A stretch of DNA of 64,000 bases from the human T2T-CHM13v2.0 reference genome, Homo sapiens (GCF_009914755.1 NC_060925.1), one strand, 5' to 3'; shown: positions 31,895 through 51,892, counted from the stretch's first letter. Made by a program: numbers and translations. The notes: generated by a model from the sequence alone, not told the origin.

Positions 31895-33875
31895 TTAAAA
31901 GTTCTTGTTTCTGTGTTTGAAGATAGTGACTTAAGGAAGAACTGAAGTTGGGAATGTAGTTTCTGTAGTTAATATTCATGTTACAAAAATAGAAGTCTAA
32001 ACACCTGAAAAAAAGAATGAAACAACTCATAAACTTTTTTTTTGGATTTGCAATGATTTTGTACATTCCATTAGTTTTGTAACTTTCATGAAGGAATGCC
32101 TATTGTCCTGTTGGTGGCAGTAAAACACCACTCCTGGATCATTTGTTACTTGAATATTTCATTTGTTTGTTTTTAACTTTCTCTAGTGCATCTTCAGTTT
32201 GATGATAGGTTAGTTTCAAGATGCTATCTAGTAAATGCTAAAACAAACCAACAAACACAAATACTGGGCTTCTAATTAGGATACTCAAGGAATTTTAAAG
32301 TTTTAAAGTTTCAGAAATAATACATTTTATGAAACAGGGATCTGTATCAGGAAAAAATGTATATCATCACAGTACCATGCACATATTATATAATACCTTA
32401 AATTTGTTGAAGCAATTTCTCATTACTTATTTCTCATGAAACAATCCAAAATATCAAGAAGGGAAGACAGTTGAATAAACACACCATTTCCAAGTAGTCA
32501 GTGATTAAATTGAACTTAATGTACCCTAAGAAATACAAGCTCCCTTGACAGAGAACAAACAGAACAAAAAAATCCAGTTTCCTCCTTGTTCTATTTTTGT
32601 GAGCAAAATAAGTACTCATTTAAGCTTCCATCCCTTTTACTTAAAAATCCCTCTCTGTCTTCATCCTCTTCTGCTTTGCTCTTGTCTTTAATGAAGGTCT
32701 GTTCTGCCCCCATTCCAAGGCTAACTTCCTCACTATGTCCTTGGTCCCATCTTTCCTGTCTCTCTTTGGAGAAGCCTGTGATGGTTAGTTAGTTCACTTA
32801 TTCAACAGATATTCACTATTGACAGTCCCTGGGTTAGATGTCAGGGGATACAGAGATGACATTCTGTGTCCTGAAGTTGTCACATCTAATAGGGGAGGCA
32901 CACAGACATAAGAATTCAGTGTGTTTGATCCTGGGGTTTAAAAGGGATCTTTGGGAGCCTAAAGGCAGAATGCCAAATTCATTCTGGGAAACTAGTAAAC
33001 ATTTTCCAAAGGTGGCATCTAACCTGAGAATAGGACATGAGGGTGAGAGTGAACAGCATGTAGAAGAGGAATGAGGAAGAATGGCTGAGGCAAGTCCTTT
33101 GCCATGGCACATTTGAGGGGGATGCGCAGGATACGATTCTGAGGGGCTTTAATTACATTTCTGCCATCAATTTATTGTGGAATTTTAATCAAATCATCTA
33201 ACCTTTTAACACTTAATTTCCTAACTTATAAAATAAAGAGACAGGGAAGCATGCTCTAAATTTATGTCATGCCAGCTGTGTCAATCTGTGCTATAGGTGT
33301 GTGTATATGTGTGTATGTTTGTATGTCTTATATAACCATTTCAGTCCTTTAATGAGTAGATAAGAATCTTTGTATAATTTGCATGTTTGTTGTTTAAGTG
33401 CTTGGCTAAATTTATCTTTGCCTCTTTTACAAAAAAAAAAGTGTTTACAGAACAATATAATAAAATTAGGAGCAAAGGAATATTTTATTTGTTATACTTC
33501 AAGATGAATACCACCAAAATGTTTTCATTTCAACTTAAAAATCTCTTTATAACCATACTTGAATATAAACAACCCATTTGTTCTACATTAGTGAAATGTT
33601 AGTGTGTGTATTTTCTAGCACTCACACCTCTGCACTGTGATCATTCTATCAGGTATTTCTAGATATCCAAGCAATGTGTTGGATCTATGTAAAAAAAATC
33701 TGACAGCTACCATCAATAACAATATAATTGTGTAGCATTTAAACAGTTTGTAATGAGCTCTCAAATGCATTTTTTAAATGTTTAATAAATAAAATTAATA
33801 GTAAGACACCTATCATTTATTGAGCACTTAAAATGTATCTGATGCTGTGCTAAGCACTTTAAAACTAATCTTCAC

Positions 33876-34185
33876 GGCCGGGCACATTGGCCCACGCCTA
33901 TAATCCCAGCACTTTGGAAGGCCGAGGCAGGTGGATCACGAGGTCAGAAGTTCAAGACCAGCCTGGCCAAGATGGTGAAACCCCATCTCTACTAAAAATA
34001 CAAAAAATTAGCCGGGCCTGGTGGTGGGTGCCTGTAATCCCAGCTACTCGAGAGGCTGAGGCAAAGAATTGCTTGAAGCCGGGAGGCAGAGGTTGCAGTG
34101 AGCTGAGATCACGCCACTGCACTACAGCCTGGACGACAGAGTCAGACTGTCTCAAAAAAAAACAAAAAACAAAACAAAAAAAAAT
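33876..34185 (+). mobile_element. AluS-type
   Basis: TSD AACTAATCTTCAC. Confidence 0.9.
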
Positions 34186-34204
34186 AACTAATCTTCACTA
34201 CCTT

Positions 34205-34830
34205 TAATTTTGTTTATTGTAGTATAATATACGTAACATAAAATGTACAATTTTGGTCAGGGCAGTGGCTCAGGCCTGTAATCCCAGCACTTTGGGAGGC
34301 CAAGGTGGGTGGATCACCTGAGGTCAGGAGTTCGAGATCACCCTGGCCAACATGGAGAAACCCCATTTCTACTAAAAATACAAAATTAGCGGGTGTTGTG
34401 GCGTGTGCCTGGCTACTCAGGAGACTGAGATGGGAGAATCGCTTGAACCCGGGAGGCGGAGCTTGTGGTGAGCTGAGATCGTACCACTGCACTCCAGCCT
34501 GGGCAACAGAGCAAGACTCCATCTCAAAAAAAAAAAAAAAAAAAAAAAGTACAGTTTTAACCATTCCTAAGTACACAGTTCAGTGACATTAGGTAAATTG
34601 ACATTGTTGTGCAACTATCACCACCATCCATCTCCAGATCTTTTTTTCATCTTGCAAAACTGAAACTCTTGCACCTGTTAAATAGTAACTCCCCATTCCT
34701 TTCTCCCCTTAGCCCCTGGCAGTCACCATTCTGCTTTCTGTCTCTATGAATTTGGCTACTCTAGGTACCTCATGTAAGTGGAATTATATCGTATTTGTCT
34801 TATCTCTGGCATATTTCACTTAGCATAGTG
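34205..34830 (-). mobile_element. L1M 3' end with an AluS (+, 34255-34548) inserted
   Basis: ACATTGTTGTGCAACTATCACCACCATCCATCTCCAG; GTACCTCATGTAAGTGGAAT. Confidence 0.85.
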
Positions 34831-35117
34831 TATGACCCTTAATTTTTTTACTGACATTAATTAAAAGAAATCCTAATTTTAACAATAATTCTATTACTGT
34901 TAATATTGTATTACTATTTTATCAGTGATTCTATTACTGTTAATACTGTATTGACTTGTTGGTATGAATCAATATGCTCATTTTACAGATTAGGAAACTA
35001 AGACTTATAAAAAGTTAAAAAACTTGGTTAAAGTCATTCAGTTAGGCAAATGACATACCACAATCACAACTAGGCCTGTCTTACTACAGAGGCAGTGTTC
35101 TTAACTTCTAAGCTATG

Positions 35118-35118
<1 letters not shown>

Positions 35119-35149
<31 letters not shown>
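35119..35149 (+). repeat. (TG)n microsatellite
   Basis: About 15 GT units. Confidence 0.95.
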
Positions 35150-35151
<2 letters not shown>

Positions 35152-35212
35152 ATTTTAAACCTTACAATTGCTCTGTGAACAAGAGATTATATCCTACTTG
35201 ATACTCAAATCC

Positions 35213-35356
35213 CAGGCATGGCGACATATGCCTGTAATCCTAGCTACTTGGAAGGCTAAGGTGGAAAGATCACTTGAGCCCATGAGTGCAAGACTAATCT
35301 GAACAACATAGTGAGACCCGTTATCTAAAAAGTAATAAACAAATAAATAAATAAAA
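35213..35356 (+). mobile_element. Alu monomer (FLAM/FRAM-like)
   Basis: Single degenerate arm with TAAA tail. Confidence 0.75.
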
Positions 35357-36273
35357 GCCAGGTGGCTCTCACTAAAAATTCCATGCCTTTTTACGTTATA
35401 CAGCAGGAGACCCTTAAATTATAGTGAAATCAGTCTCCATTCCACAAAACTATGTTGACATCATACTATGAGTGAAAACAGGTTTTTTAATTCAAGTTGT
35501 TTGAATTAAGCATATTCTATTGTATGTTCAAAGATAGTTGTCCCAATTTAAAAATGTCCTTGGTTGAATAGGATAGAAGCAGAGCCAGAGCAACCAAGAG
35601 CCATTGCTATATGAACAAATAATTGAATTTAGGCTAATGAAAATGAACTCACTGTCAAAAATCATCATGAAATTAAAATATTCTCTGCTCTTGACTGGCT
35701 GGAATAATATTTGATTCCTGAGTTCTGCCTTTCCACTTATTCTGTCATAATCTTTGAGATATATGAAGTCATCCCTGAATACTGTTTAATGCTCTGGTTA
35801 AACTCCATTTCACTCTGACCAATCAGAGTATGTGAGCTGATCATAAGGAGCTATTATCAAGAGACTTGTCAGAGGATTCACTGCCCAATATGTTTTTATG
35901 ACCCTTTTTATCTGTAAGAGTTGCTGGTATTGCTTTTTAGAATGAAATAGACTAATTTTGTCCATTACAGTGTTGATAGTTTGATAACTCACTGTGGGAA
36001 TCAATTGATCTTATCAGAATAATATAACCAGTAGAGGAAATGTAACTGAAGCATATACAGTTTTATTTAATATATTGTTTATGCAGGTTGAGAAAAGGCT
36101 GAAATATGCTCCTTTTGCTAGAAATGTAATAACTAAAACGCCCATAGCCTTGATCTTTTTTATCTTTTATTGCTTTTCCTTGACTAAGAGAATTTGGTTT
36201 TGGTAAAGCTAAATGAATTTAGAATAAAGTCATTTATTTGTGTCATACGTAAGCTTGATTAAGAAGGTTTTTA

Positions 36274-36528
<255 letters not shown>

Positions 36529-36564
36529 CTATTTAGAAAGAGAGTGCATAAAAGAGAAACCATA

Positions 36565-36858
36565 GGCAGGGACAGTACCTCATGCCTGTAATCTCAGCAC
36601 TTTGGCAGGGCAAGGCAAGCGGATCGCTTGAGTCTAGGAGTTTGAGAGAAGCCTGGGCAACATAGAGAGACCTCATCTCTCCAAAAAATACAAAAATTAG
36701 CCAGGCACGATGGCACGTGCCTGTAGTCTCAGTTATTTGGGAGGCTGAGATGGGAGGATCACTTGGGCCTGAGGGGTTGAGGCTGCAGTGAGCCATGATT
36801 GTGCACTGCACTCCAGTATGGGCAACAGAGCAAGACCCTGTCTCAGAAAAAGAAAGAA
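36565..36858 (+). mobile_element. AluJ-type
   Basis: TSD AGAAACCATA. Confidence 0.9.
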
Positions 36859-37280
36859 ACCATAAAAAGTATAATGGCTTGAAAAAGATGGTGTATTTCT
36901 CCCACAGATATTAATCTAGAGAGAAAATGACTGGCCCCAAAAGGCAGATAGCTCAGTTACATAAGATCACTCAAGGACTCAGGTTCTATAATGAATTTGT
37001 TCAATTATCTCTTAGGATGTTGTCCTCATGTACATGGTTAAAGTCAGACACATCTTTCAATTCGGAGGAAGAGGGAAATTTCAAGCAAAAGTGGAGGGAA
37101 GGCAATTTCCTTTTAAGCAAATAGTGAGGAAGTTGCATACATCACTTTTATTCACATTCCATTGACAAAAATTTTGTCCATGGCCACACTTAGCTGCAAG
37201 GGAACTAGGAAATAATTGTCTGAAACTCAGCAGCCATGTGCCGTGTTAAAATTATTATATTTATGGAACCAGGAGAAAAC

Positions 37281-37578
<298 letters not shown>

Positions 37579-38053
37579 GGGAGAAAACTTTTTAAGAAAA
37601 CAATCAGCAGTCTATATAGTCTACCCTACTGACCTTTCAGTGTCTGTGATTACCTATATTCTCACACATAGACACTCCCTCTCTCCCAAGGGAGACATTC
37701 CAAGGCTCCCTTGGATTAGTTCATCTGCTCAAAGTCAAGAATACCCGGATGGTGCACATTCCTGATTTTCAGGTCTGTGATGGTCCCTCAAAGTTCACTA
37801 ATGTGTTTTCTGTTCATCTCACATCCAGTATACAAAAGTGGTAGGAAAAATATAACTGCAATAAAAGCTGTCATTCAGAAGATGGAAGAATGGGAAACAT
37901 GTCACAGTCAGTCCGTAGGAATTTCCAAGATTCTTGCTATTTCAGTAGAGGAGATTTCTTGGTTAGCCTGTGTAGCTGTCCCCTGGTTCTAATTTCTAAG
38001 AACTACACCATTTTCCATTGTCCTCCATGGCCATATCTAAAGTTGGTGTTAGA

Positions 38054-38367
38054 GGCCAGGCGTGGTGGCTCACACCTGTAATCCCAGCACTTTGGGAGGC
38101 CAAGGCAGGCAGATAACTTGAGATCAGGAGTTCAAGATCAGCCTGGCCAACATGGTGAAACCCCTTCTCTACTAAAAGTATAAAAAAAAATTAGCTGGGT
38201 GTGGTGGCAGGTGCCTGTAATCCCAGCTACTCGGGAGGCTGAGGCAGGAGAATTGCTTGAACCCCGGTGGGTGGAGGTTGCAGTGGGCTGAGATTACACC
38301 ACTGCACTCCAGCCTGGACAAAACAATGAGACTTCATCTCAAAAAATAAAAAAAAAATAATAATAAA
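38054..38367 (+). mobile_element. AluS-type
   Basis: TSD AAAGTTGGTrTTAGA. Confidence 0.9.
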
Positions 38368-39272
38368 GTTGGTATTAGAGAATAGTACATCCTCCTAGGG
38401 AGCTGCACACTTTCAAAAACTTGCTACTTGTGGAGATTTGGAAGCCCAAGAGTTGTGTTAGTGATCAAACAAATGACTCTTTTTTAGGCCAATTTTGATT
38501 TCTTTTGGGAAATAATTCTCTGAATACTTTTGTCGACTTGTGGTCTTTTTGCTTGCATTCAGTTCCTTCTGAGTAAACAGGTCTAAAGATTTCTTCTAGA
38601 CATAGTTCCTAAATCTTCTCATTTATTTGTTTACCTGTTTGTATTTAATGGCCCATCCTTTTTCCCTCCATTTTAATGGTGGTTACCCTGAGGCTAGCTA
38701 AAATCACAAACTGGAGTCAGAAGGCAATACCATTAATTTGATCTTTGCCTGTTAGCTGGCTGTATGTTTTGGCTGAGAAGTCTTAATGAGAGGTACTTAG
38801 GAAAAATGTAGAGCCTTTTAAATCCTTCTGTTTGGGGACAAGTAGTTTGATTTTCTAATCCTGTATCCTTAAATTACTGTACTTAATCAGTTTAGATTGT
38901 AGACCATGTTCTCTGAAGTGACAGGTATTATAGGCACACAGTCTGCCTTCCAAGTTATCAAAGGCAGTAGTTTTACTAAATATTGTGACATGACATAAAA
39001 AGGATCATTAGTTTTCCAGACTGCAATATTGGTTTTTTCACCTTGATCTTTACTCAGCCACAAAGCCAAGAAACATATTTGACGTTTTAAGTTTTTATTT
39101 TGGCAGTAAATCAATTCTGGTTACCTATCCCAAAATATAATACCTTAAATAAGAATTTTTTTTCTTTTTATGTGATGGTATGTGGAGATAGCACATGGTC
39201 CAGACCTTTATGCATCTCAGCTCCATGAGATCATTCACAGACTTGTGTTCTTTTCATCCTGTTGTTCTGCAG

Positions 39273-39480
39273 CAGTATTTCTCATGCTCAGAACTATTGG
39301 CATTTTGGGGCAGTTAATTCTTTGTTATAGGTGGCTGTCATGTGCATTACAGGATGTTCAACAGTACGCCTCATCTCTACAGGATGCCCATAGGACATGC
39401 TCAGTTGAGACAAACAACATCTGCAGACATTGCCCAATGTTCCCCTGGGGGCAAAATCACCCCTGGTTGAGCATCATTGC
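39273..39480 (-). mobile_element. MER20 hAT DNA transposon
   Basis: CAGACATTGCC.AATGTTCCCCTGGGGGCAAAATCACCCCTGGTTGAG terminus. Confidence 0.8.
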
Positions 39481-39539
39481 TTTATAGTTGCCTAGGATCT
39501 CATCGTCATCTGCATGATCAAAGCAGATTTTGATCCATA

Positions 39540-40470
39540 ATGAAGAGAAAAATCAATCATTCGAAATCACTCTAGATTTTATAATTGGCAGACAAAAACA
39601 TTAATACTGTAACTTTATTCCATATGTTCAAAAAAATAAGTAAAGAAATGCAAGATATTTAAAAAGAACCAAATTAAACTTTAAGAGATAAAAATTACAA
39701 TGTCTGATAGAACTAAGAAATACATTGAATAGGATGAAGGGCAGATGGGACATTGCAGAAGAAAAGATTAGTGAACTTGAAAACATAGCAATTGAAACTA
39801 TTCAAAATTCAATACAAAGAAAAAGCAAATTTAAAAAAAGGCAGAAAGGAGCATCAGTGAGCTGTGAAATCCTTCAAAAGGCCTAATGAATGTGTAATTG
39901 GAGGACCTGAAGGAAAGGATGGGAGTGAATGGTGGGCAAAAAGCACTTGAAGAAATAATGGCTGATATTTTTCCAAATTTGATGAAAATTTTTCCAAATT
40001 TGATGAAAATTATAGACCCAAGAAGTTTAGTGAATTCCAAGCAAAAGAAATATGAAGAAAACTACATCAAGGCGTGTTATGATGAAATTGCTCAAAACCA
40101 GTGATAAAGGTAAAATCTTAAAAAGCATCCAAAGGAAAAAAGATAATATGCGTAAAGAAACAAAGAAAAGTATATCAGCAGATTTCTCCTTAGAAACAGT
40201 GCCAGCAATAAGACAGTGGGACCACATGTTAAAAATACTAAGCAAAACAAAACAAATGCAAAAATGTCTCTCAAAAACTAAGATGAAATGCTTTTATAGA
40301 CATACAAAAGCTAAAAGAATTCATCACTAGGAGATCTGGATTACTGAAAATGTTAAAGGAAGTCCTAAGGAAGAAGCAAAATAATACTTCACAGAAATAT
40401 GAATCTGCTCTATGCAAAAGAATTGGGGAGCGTGGCAAATGGTACCTATGTGGGTAAAAATGTAATAAGA
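39540..40470 (+). mobile_element. Ancient L1M ORF1-region fragment
   Basis: A-rich; GCAGAAGAAAAGATTAGTGAACTTGAA, GAAATAATGGCTGA..TTTCCAAATTTGATGAAA, CAGCAGATTTCTC. Confidence 0.8.
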
Positions 40471-40558
40471 GTACAATTCTGTATTCTTCAGGTCCTTTCT
40501 TTGCTTATCACTTTGGTGGGTTTCTCTTCCTCTGTAGCTTTCAACAATAAGTCCTTGA

Positions 40559-40859
<301 letters not shown>

Positions 40860-41781
40860 ACCTTCTGCATTTTTATATTGCATTATTGCCTTTGGAGAAG
40901 TCGTAAATACACTTTTCAAAAAAAGTAATTTCTAATTTTTGTCCTAACCCAACTTCCAATTTAATAACTGTAGTGATTCTATATAAAATCTTCAGTGGGC
41001 CAGGCAACTTGTGTACAGCACAACTTCAGGGATACCATTCCCATAGACTATGATTGCACATCTGTACATCATGTTTCTGATTATAACACTGCATTCACCT
41101 TTTCACTCTCCCATCAAAAGTATTTGAGTTGAACTTGAGTACTGTTTCCTAAAAACATCTTTATCTCATATATCATCTCCCCTTTTCTTTGTATAATACT
41201 GAGCCTTCCTAGCCCTTATGTTGTGGCTTAAACCCCACCTTCTTTAAAGGATGATTCTAAACTCTTTCTGCCCAAAATGAACATCTACTGTGATTATACC
41301 ATGTGTCATTCATTATGACACCAAAATGCCATCTTGTTGTTATTTAGATGTTTTGTATGTGTATGTCTTGTCTTGAATTCTTCAATTAAACTGTTTATTT
41401 TTTAAAGACAGTGTGAGGCTGTTTATCCCCTAGGAGAGCAAGTGAAGTTCTGCATGTTCAGCAAGCATCCCTAATCCCAGAATTGATGCATAAAGTAGCA
41501 AAAGGCCAAAGGATTATTAACCTTATGTTTTTTCCAGTTGTTCTATTTAAGCAAACTACACCCCATCTAAAACAAGGTTTGAAGTAGTTTGGACTTTTCC
41601 CTAAAGATTTGATTTCTGCTTGGTTTTGAAGTTTTGTATTAGAAAGAAATCATACTAACCCTTACTTCATTTGATTAATATTTGTTAATTGTTTATATGG
41701 TAAATACAGGTCTCTTCACATAGATTATGTATACTGAACTCCTTTCTTTTGAATACAAAAGCCCCATATTTCCCAAATTTA

Positions 41782-42090
<309 letters not shown>

Positions 42091-42547
42091 AAATAAGCCC
42101 TAATTAAAATTTCCCTCAGTATTACCAGTGTTGGGTATGGCCTCACATTGTTTCCATCCTGCTTTTCCCATATTTAATAGGCCCTCACTGACTCCTGAAT
42201 ATTGAAAATTGAGTTCAAATACATAGTTTATTCCTCGAAATCCTCCCTCCATACTCTGCTCAGATGGATGATTCCAACCTCACCATGGATCTCTGCTCTA
42301 CCTAAACTGGAAGTGGACTCAAGATTAGCCACACATACCTTACGCTTGCCTGCTTTCTGTCTGGGAATAGGCTTCCTCCAGCCTTCCTAAATCTCATGTT
42401 TTTCAAGTCTAGCTCCTATCTAACCCCTGATCATCAGTTACCTTCCTCTATTTTTACATTATCATCCTAAATAGAGATAACTCACAGGGAATACTGTTGT
42501 ATTATAGTTTACTTGCTAAAGTACATGCTTTTGATATATATATATAT

Positions 42548-44494
<1,947 letters not shown>

Positions 44495-44655
44495 TTACTT
44501 AAATGCTGTGTAAAGAATTTGGTGGAAGCTCTTTGAAATTTTTCTTCATTTGTTACTCTTCTCTGGAGGAGCTCTGCATTTCCGCATGGGATGTCAGTTT
44601 GCATCACAGTAGAGAATGGACATTTTGTGGGTACCGTGGATTGAGCTAGTGGTAT

Positions 44656-45432
44656 TGAGAGACAGGACTAAGCTGGATTTCCTAGGCCGACTAAGAATTC
44701 CTAAACCTAGCTGTGGACGGTGACCACACCCACCTTTAAACACGGGGCTTGTAACTCAGCTCACACCTGACCAATCAGGTAGTAAAGAGGGCTCACTAAA
44801 ATGCAAATTAGGCTAAAAACAGGAGGCAAAGAAGTAGTCAAATCATCTATCATCTGAGAGCACAGGGTGAGGGACAATGATTGGGATATAAACCCCAGGC
44901 ATTCCGGAGCTGGGATCGGGCAACCCCCTTTGGGTCCCCTCCCATTGTATGGGAGCTCTGTTTTCACTCTATTAAATCTTGCAACTGCACACTCTTTTGG
45001 TCCATGTTTGTTCTGGCTGGAGCTGAGCTTTTGCTCACCGTTCATCACTGCTGAATGCTACCATCGCAGACCCACCGTTGACTTCCAGCCCTCTGGATCC
45101 TGCAGGGTGTCCGCTGCACTCCTGATCTAGTGAGGCGCCCATTGCCCCTCCTGATGGGGCTAAAGGCTCGCCATTGTTCCTGCGTGGCTAAATGCCCAGG
45201 TTTGTCCTATTCTAGCCAAACACTAGTCGCTGGGTTCAACGGTTCTATTCCGTGACTCACGGCTTCTAATAGAGCTATAACACCGCATGGCCCAAGGTTC
45301 CATTCCTTGGAATCTGTAAGGCCAAGAACCCCAGGCCGGAGAACAAAAGGCTTCCTACCATGTTGGGAGCAGCCGTCACCATCTTGGGAGCTCTAAGAAC
45401 AAAGACCCACCCTGCCCCCGCCGCCCGTAACA
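44656..45432 (+). mobile_element. Complete HERV-W solo LTR (LTR17)
   Basis: Starts TGAGAGACAGGACTA, ends GTAACA; 777 bp; CCAAT 44771, TATAAA 44887, ATTAAA 44971; 4-bp TSD GTAT on both sides. Confidence 0.92.
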
Positions 45433-45601
45433 GTATGAGGGAGTACCAGATAAGAAATCTAAATACATTCCTAGGTCTTCCTGAGCTAGTTCTTTTTTGT
45501 AATGACTTCATTATTCAAGTTAATGCCTAATACCTAAGAGATATTCAAATAGAATTGCGACAACTTACTCAAATCTGTATTCATCTTCAATTTGAAATTA
45601 G

Positions 45602-46287
<686 letters not shown>

Positions 46288-47011
46288 TCAGTTTTTCTTC
46301 TTTTATTTGGATAACTATAGATTTACCTACTTATTCTCTATTCTTCCTTCTCTTTAGTGCTCTGTTGTCAATTTATTATATTTATCTTATCTCAGATTTC
46401 TTTTCTTTCTTTTATATGACCAGTGTGCAATCCCTCCTATATTGTGGTGGGAGGTGGGAGAGGTTTACCCCAGCAAGCGTGGGACTGGTAGTGGAAACAT
46501 CTTCTACCCAGACATGGTAATGTTTTATTTTGTAAAGGTTGAGTTGAGTAGATGAACTGAAGGAGGTAACTGAGACAAGTGTGGGCCATCAAGCAAGACT
46601 GGCCTGAGGGGCATGTCAGGAATCGGAGTACAAAGCCAAGAATAGACCAAACTGCAGGAAAGCAAAAGCAAAATCAAAATGAGTGTAAAGGAAGGCAGCC
46701 TAGAAATGGGGGTAAGGGTAGTGTGTGGAGAGCAACGTGGGTGTTTACCTGGTACTAGGCTTTTACATGTTCTACAAGCCCTTGCATGGTTGAGGAAGCT
46801 CCATTTTGAAGAATCAGTATTGGAGCAGAAGCCACCAGTCAGTTTCTTCTTGATTATTAAATCATAAGCAACTCCTCCTTAATTAAAAAGTAATGAAAGA
46901 TGGCATATTTTAAATAGGACCCATTGTATTCTCAGTAGCATTTAAATGAAAAGGTATGTTTTGGGGGTGAGAATATACTACAGTATTTCACAATACAATA
47001 TTTCCATATGA

Positions 47012-47336
<325 letters not shown>

Positions 47337-48824
47337 TGATTTTAAAATAGAGAATTGTCTTGTTCTGAGATTAAGGTTAGCTTATCGTTCAGCTACTGTT
47401 TCAGTAAAATAAATAATTCCAGTAAAGGAACGATAATTGTAGTTATCTTGGCTTGGTATATTATGCTATGGTTAGGCAATTTTAGAGTAAAGAGAAGAAA
47501 TCAAAAGCTCTTGCTTAGCACACTTGCTGCTTAGGCATTCTTGTTGGAAAATAATGCGTTCTCATTTCAGAGCAAAGACAGCAAAGCTGACTCTGGTATT
47601 TGGAGAGCTAAAGGAGTGAAACTTCTTTTAAGAACGGGACCATTCGAGCCCTGTAGGAGCTTTTGAGCATGCGTATTCAACTGCTCACTCTCATGTCTAT
47701 AACCCACGCTGCTTCTCCACCGTTATGTGCAGACCATAAGCCCTACAGTGGTGACAGCTGCTTTTAGGCCCCTTTGCCTTAAATACAGTAGAATGCTTAT
47801 ATATTAGACTTTTAGTTCTTGAATTTTGGCTAGATATTTCAACTTTCATTTAAATGTTGTAACATCCCATGATCAGAGCATTATAACCTGGAGTATCACT
47901 GATAGGAAAGAAATAGTAAAAAAAAGTATGTAAATATGTAAATGTAAACATAAATGGAAATTTGAACTCAGTTATTTGACTAATGTGTGTATACCATCTG
48001 GCTAACTCCATTTCAAACACCTTATGCATTTACTTGTAGTTTTTATCTTCTCTAAATATAATAACTTGTAGAGGAGGAGTGTGGAAGAGTCTTCCATTTA
48101 CCAAAGTGATTTCTGTGTCATTTTCTTGAGTTTGATTTCAGTCTTGTGACTGGTAAATTCTAAGTATCTGCCCTTTTGAGCAAATAAACTTGTCAATCAG
48201 ATATTTTCTAAAGGGGATATTTTTTGTTAATATTAGTTTAGGTTCATGTGGACATTGTTTAAAAAGCTTTGGGAACTTTAATGATTGGATTTTATAACAC
48301 TTTATTAGTTATAGCCAACTATGTTACTACTTCCATCAACACCCATACTCTGTTTCTTTGTGAAATGAAAAATATTGTTTTATTTGACACTCTCCTCCTT
48401 ATTATATTGTACACAGTAAAATCCAAACGGAAGCCAATAACTTCTGAACTCTAATTGTGTCCATCCTGTAAAGCATATGGGTTTGTTCACTGATTCACTT
48501 CCAGAGAACTAGGTCATCATCATGAGAACCCCCACATTCCCCAAATCAAATTTACATGTTCTTGAAGGAACACCAAATGGTAATGAGTACTTTGCTAAAT
48601 AACGTTGACCTTTATTTATTTTCTTATGGATTTTATGCTGCTTTACTATGTGTCAGTATCCCTCCCTTCTTTTAGAAATCCATAAACATTGCACTTGCTT
48701 TCATTTTGAACTTTCTTCTTACTAATTTAGACATTAAATAAAAGAGACATATATGCTTATTATCCCCTAGTTTAATATATATATTTTAAAAAGTTAAGCT
48801 GATATTTTAATTTTATTTCTTCAC

Positions 48825-49900
<1,076 letters not shown>

Positions 49901-50699
49901 TCATTACTATCCTCCACTTTTCTTTTATCTTCCTTTTAAAAACTTCCCTGTCCTGGTCTCTCTTTAATTTTAAGGAAAAGAGCTGCTAAAATGTGTGCTT
50001 TATAGAGAAAGAAGCTTACTAGACCTTACATGTTCTCACTTATGGCATTTAGTGATAACCAGGGTGTCCCTAAGCAATTGAATAGTGATACCAGACCAGC
50101 TTCTGCATGGTACAGCTTTAATGTATTATTGTTTGAACTTCATTAATAATTAGACTTGCGACGAAAGTAACCAGTTCAAGTGATCTTATAATCAACTTTG
50201 TGCCTCAGCACCTGGAACTTTGAGAGAGCCACTGTGTTCATTTATCAGGAGGCATTCTGCTTCCTCTGTGGTGTGCCATTCCCTGACTTGGTAAAGAATA
50301 TTGTCTCTCTGGCAGTTTTGTATTAGTGAGTTATACAAAGGAGGTCATAGCAAACCACCTGTACTTTAGAAAGTTAACACAGAAACACTGAAGAGGTATT
50401 TCTTCTTTGTGGTACTTCTTATATTCAAGCTTGGCTCTATTTCCGTAGCACACCAGTCCAGGCTCTCATTTTCTCACATTCGATTGACTACAAGAGCTTT
50501 CTGACTTGTCTACCTTCAGTCTCTTCCTCTCTTAAGCTGTCCTGCCCTCTGCTATTAGATTAATCTTTCTAAAAGGTAATCTTCGTAGCATTCCTCACCT
50601 ACTTGTTGTCCAGTACCCATCTTTTTGGAATTCCATTTTCATCATAATTTGGCCTCAGATGTACTTACTGGCCTCAAATGTACCTATTGGACACATTGG

Positions 50700-50982
<283 letters not shown>

Positions 50983-51892
50983 GTTTTATGCTTTTAAGTT
51001 TCTTCTCTTTCCTGAAGTAGTTGACTGTTACATAACATGTATTATCCAAAGTTCACAGGATACTCTAAATACCAATATTATGATATCCTTATTTTTAAAT
51101 ATAGAAACCTTTCTCCTCTTACCAAAAACCACAGTGACTCAGCTACTTGCATGTCTAAAATGGTCTCTGCATTTTTCTGTGGCTAGTCTTTATGATGGTT
51201 ATAGATCAGTAATAGCCTTTTTGGAAGCATAATATTATGTATTAATCATGGCATTCTTAAGGAATCACTGCAATTAACCAGGTAGACCAATTTAGTTGGA
51301 CCGTGGTCTGTTTTTTTAGTATGTAAAAACATGGGTTCAGGGGATTAAAACAACTCAACATTCATGAAGAATATATTTTCAGATGCTCTTACATTCCCTG
51401 ATTTTTCAATACTGCTACGATTTTTTTTTACAGAGTTTCTTTACTTATGAAATTGATATAAAATAACTGCCTTGTCATAAGAATGTATAATAACTGAGAA
51501 GGGCAAAGACTGTAAGCTAAATTTACTCAGCATCTGCTACATGGGAGTGACTCAGTTCATTGCTCAGCAAACCCACAAGTTACTGTGTTGTGTCTCTGTG
51601 GGGTCTCCTGGGGAGAACAGAAACAATAAATGTTAAATCTGTAAATGTGTCAAGGGGTCACTGTGGTTGACTCTTGGTTGCTAAAGGAAACAGAGGTTCT
51701 AAGGCCCTGTAAAATTATAATATTTCAAAGTGAAAATGAATGAATTAATAGAAGAAGCTGAGACAAGGATCTTATTTTGTGTTTGTTTTCCTCTCAATAC
51801 CCTTGCCAATTAACATTTTTTGAATCTCTTGCTCTTCTCCACTGTAAGCCTGCCCTGATATTTTCTAATTGGATACAGAGATAATACATAAC

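Noticed and set aside
34888-34952. 25-bp imperfect direct duplication (similar ones at 39969-40011 and 50651-50690)
   Set aside because: Ordinary local slippage duplications with no functional cue.
47500-47780. Non-repeat stretch with a few CpGs, enhancer-like feel
   Set aside because: No specific motif cluster or exon structure that I can support from sequence alone.
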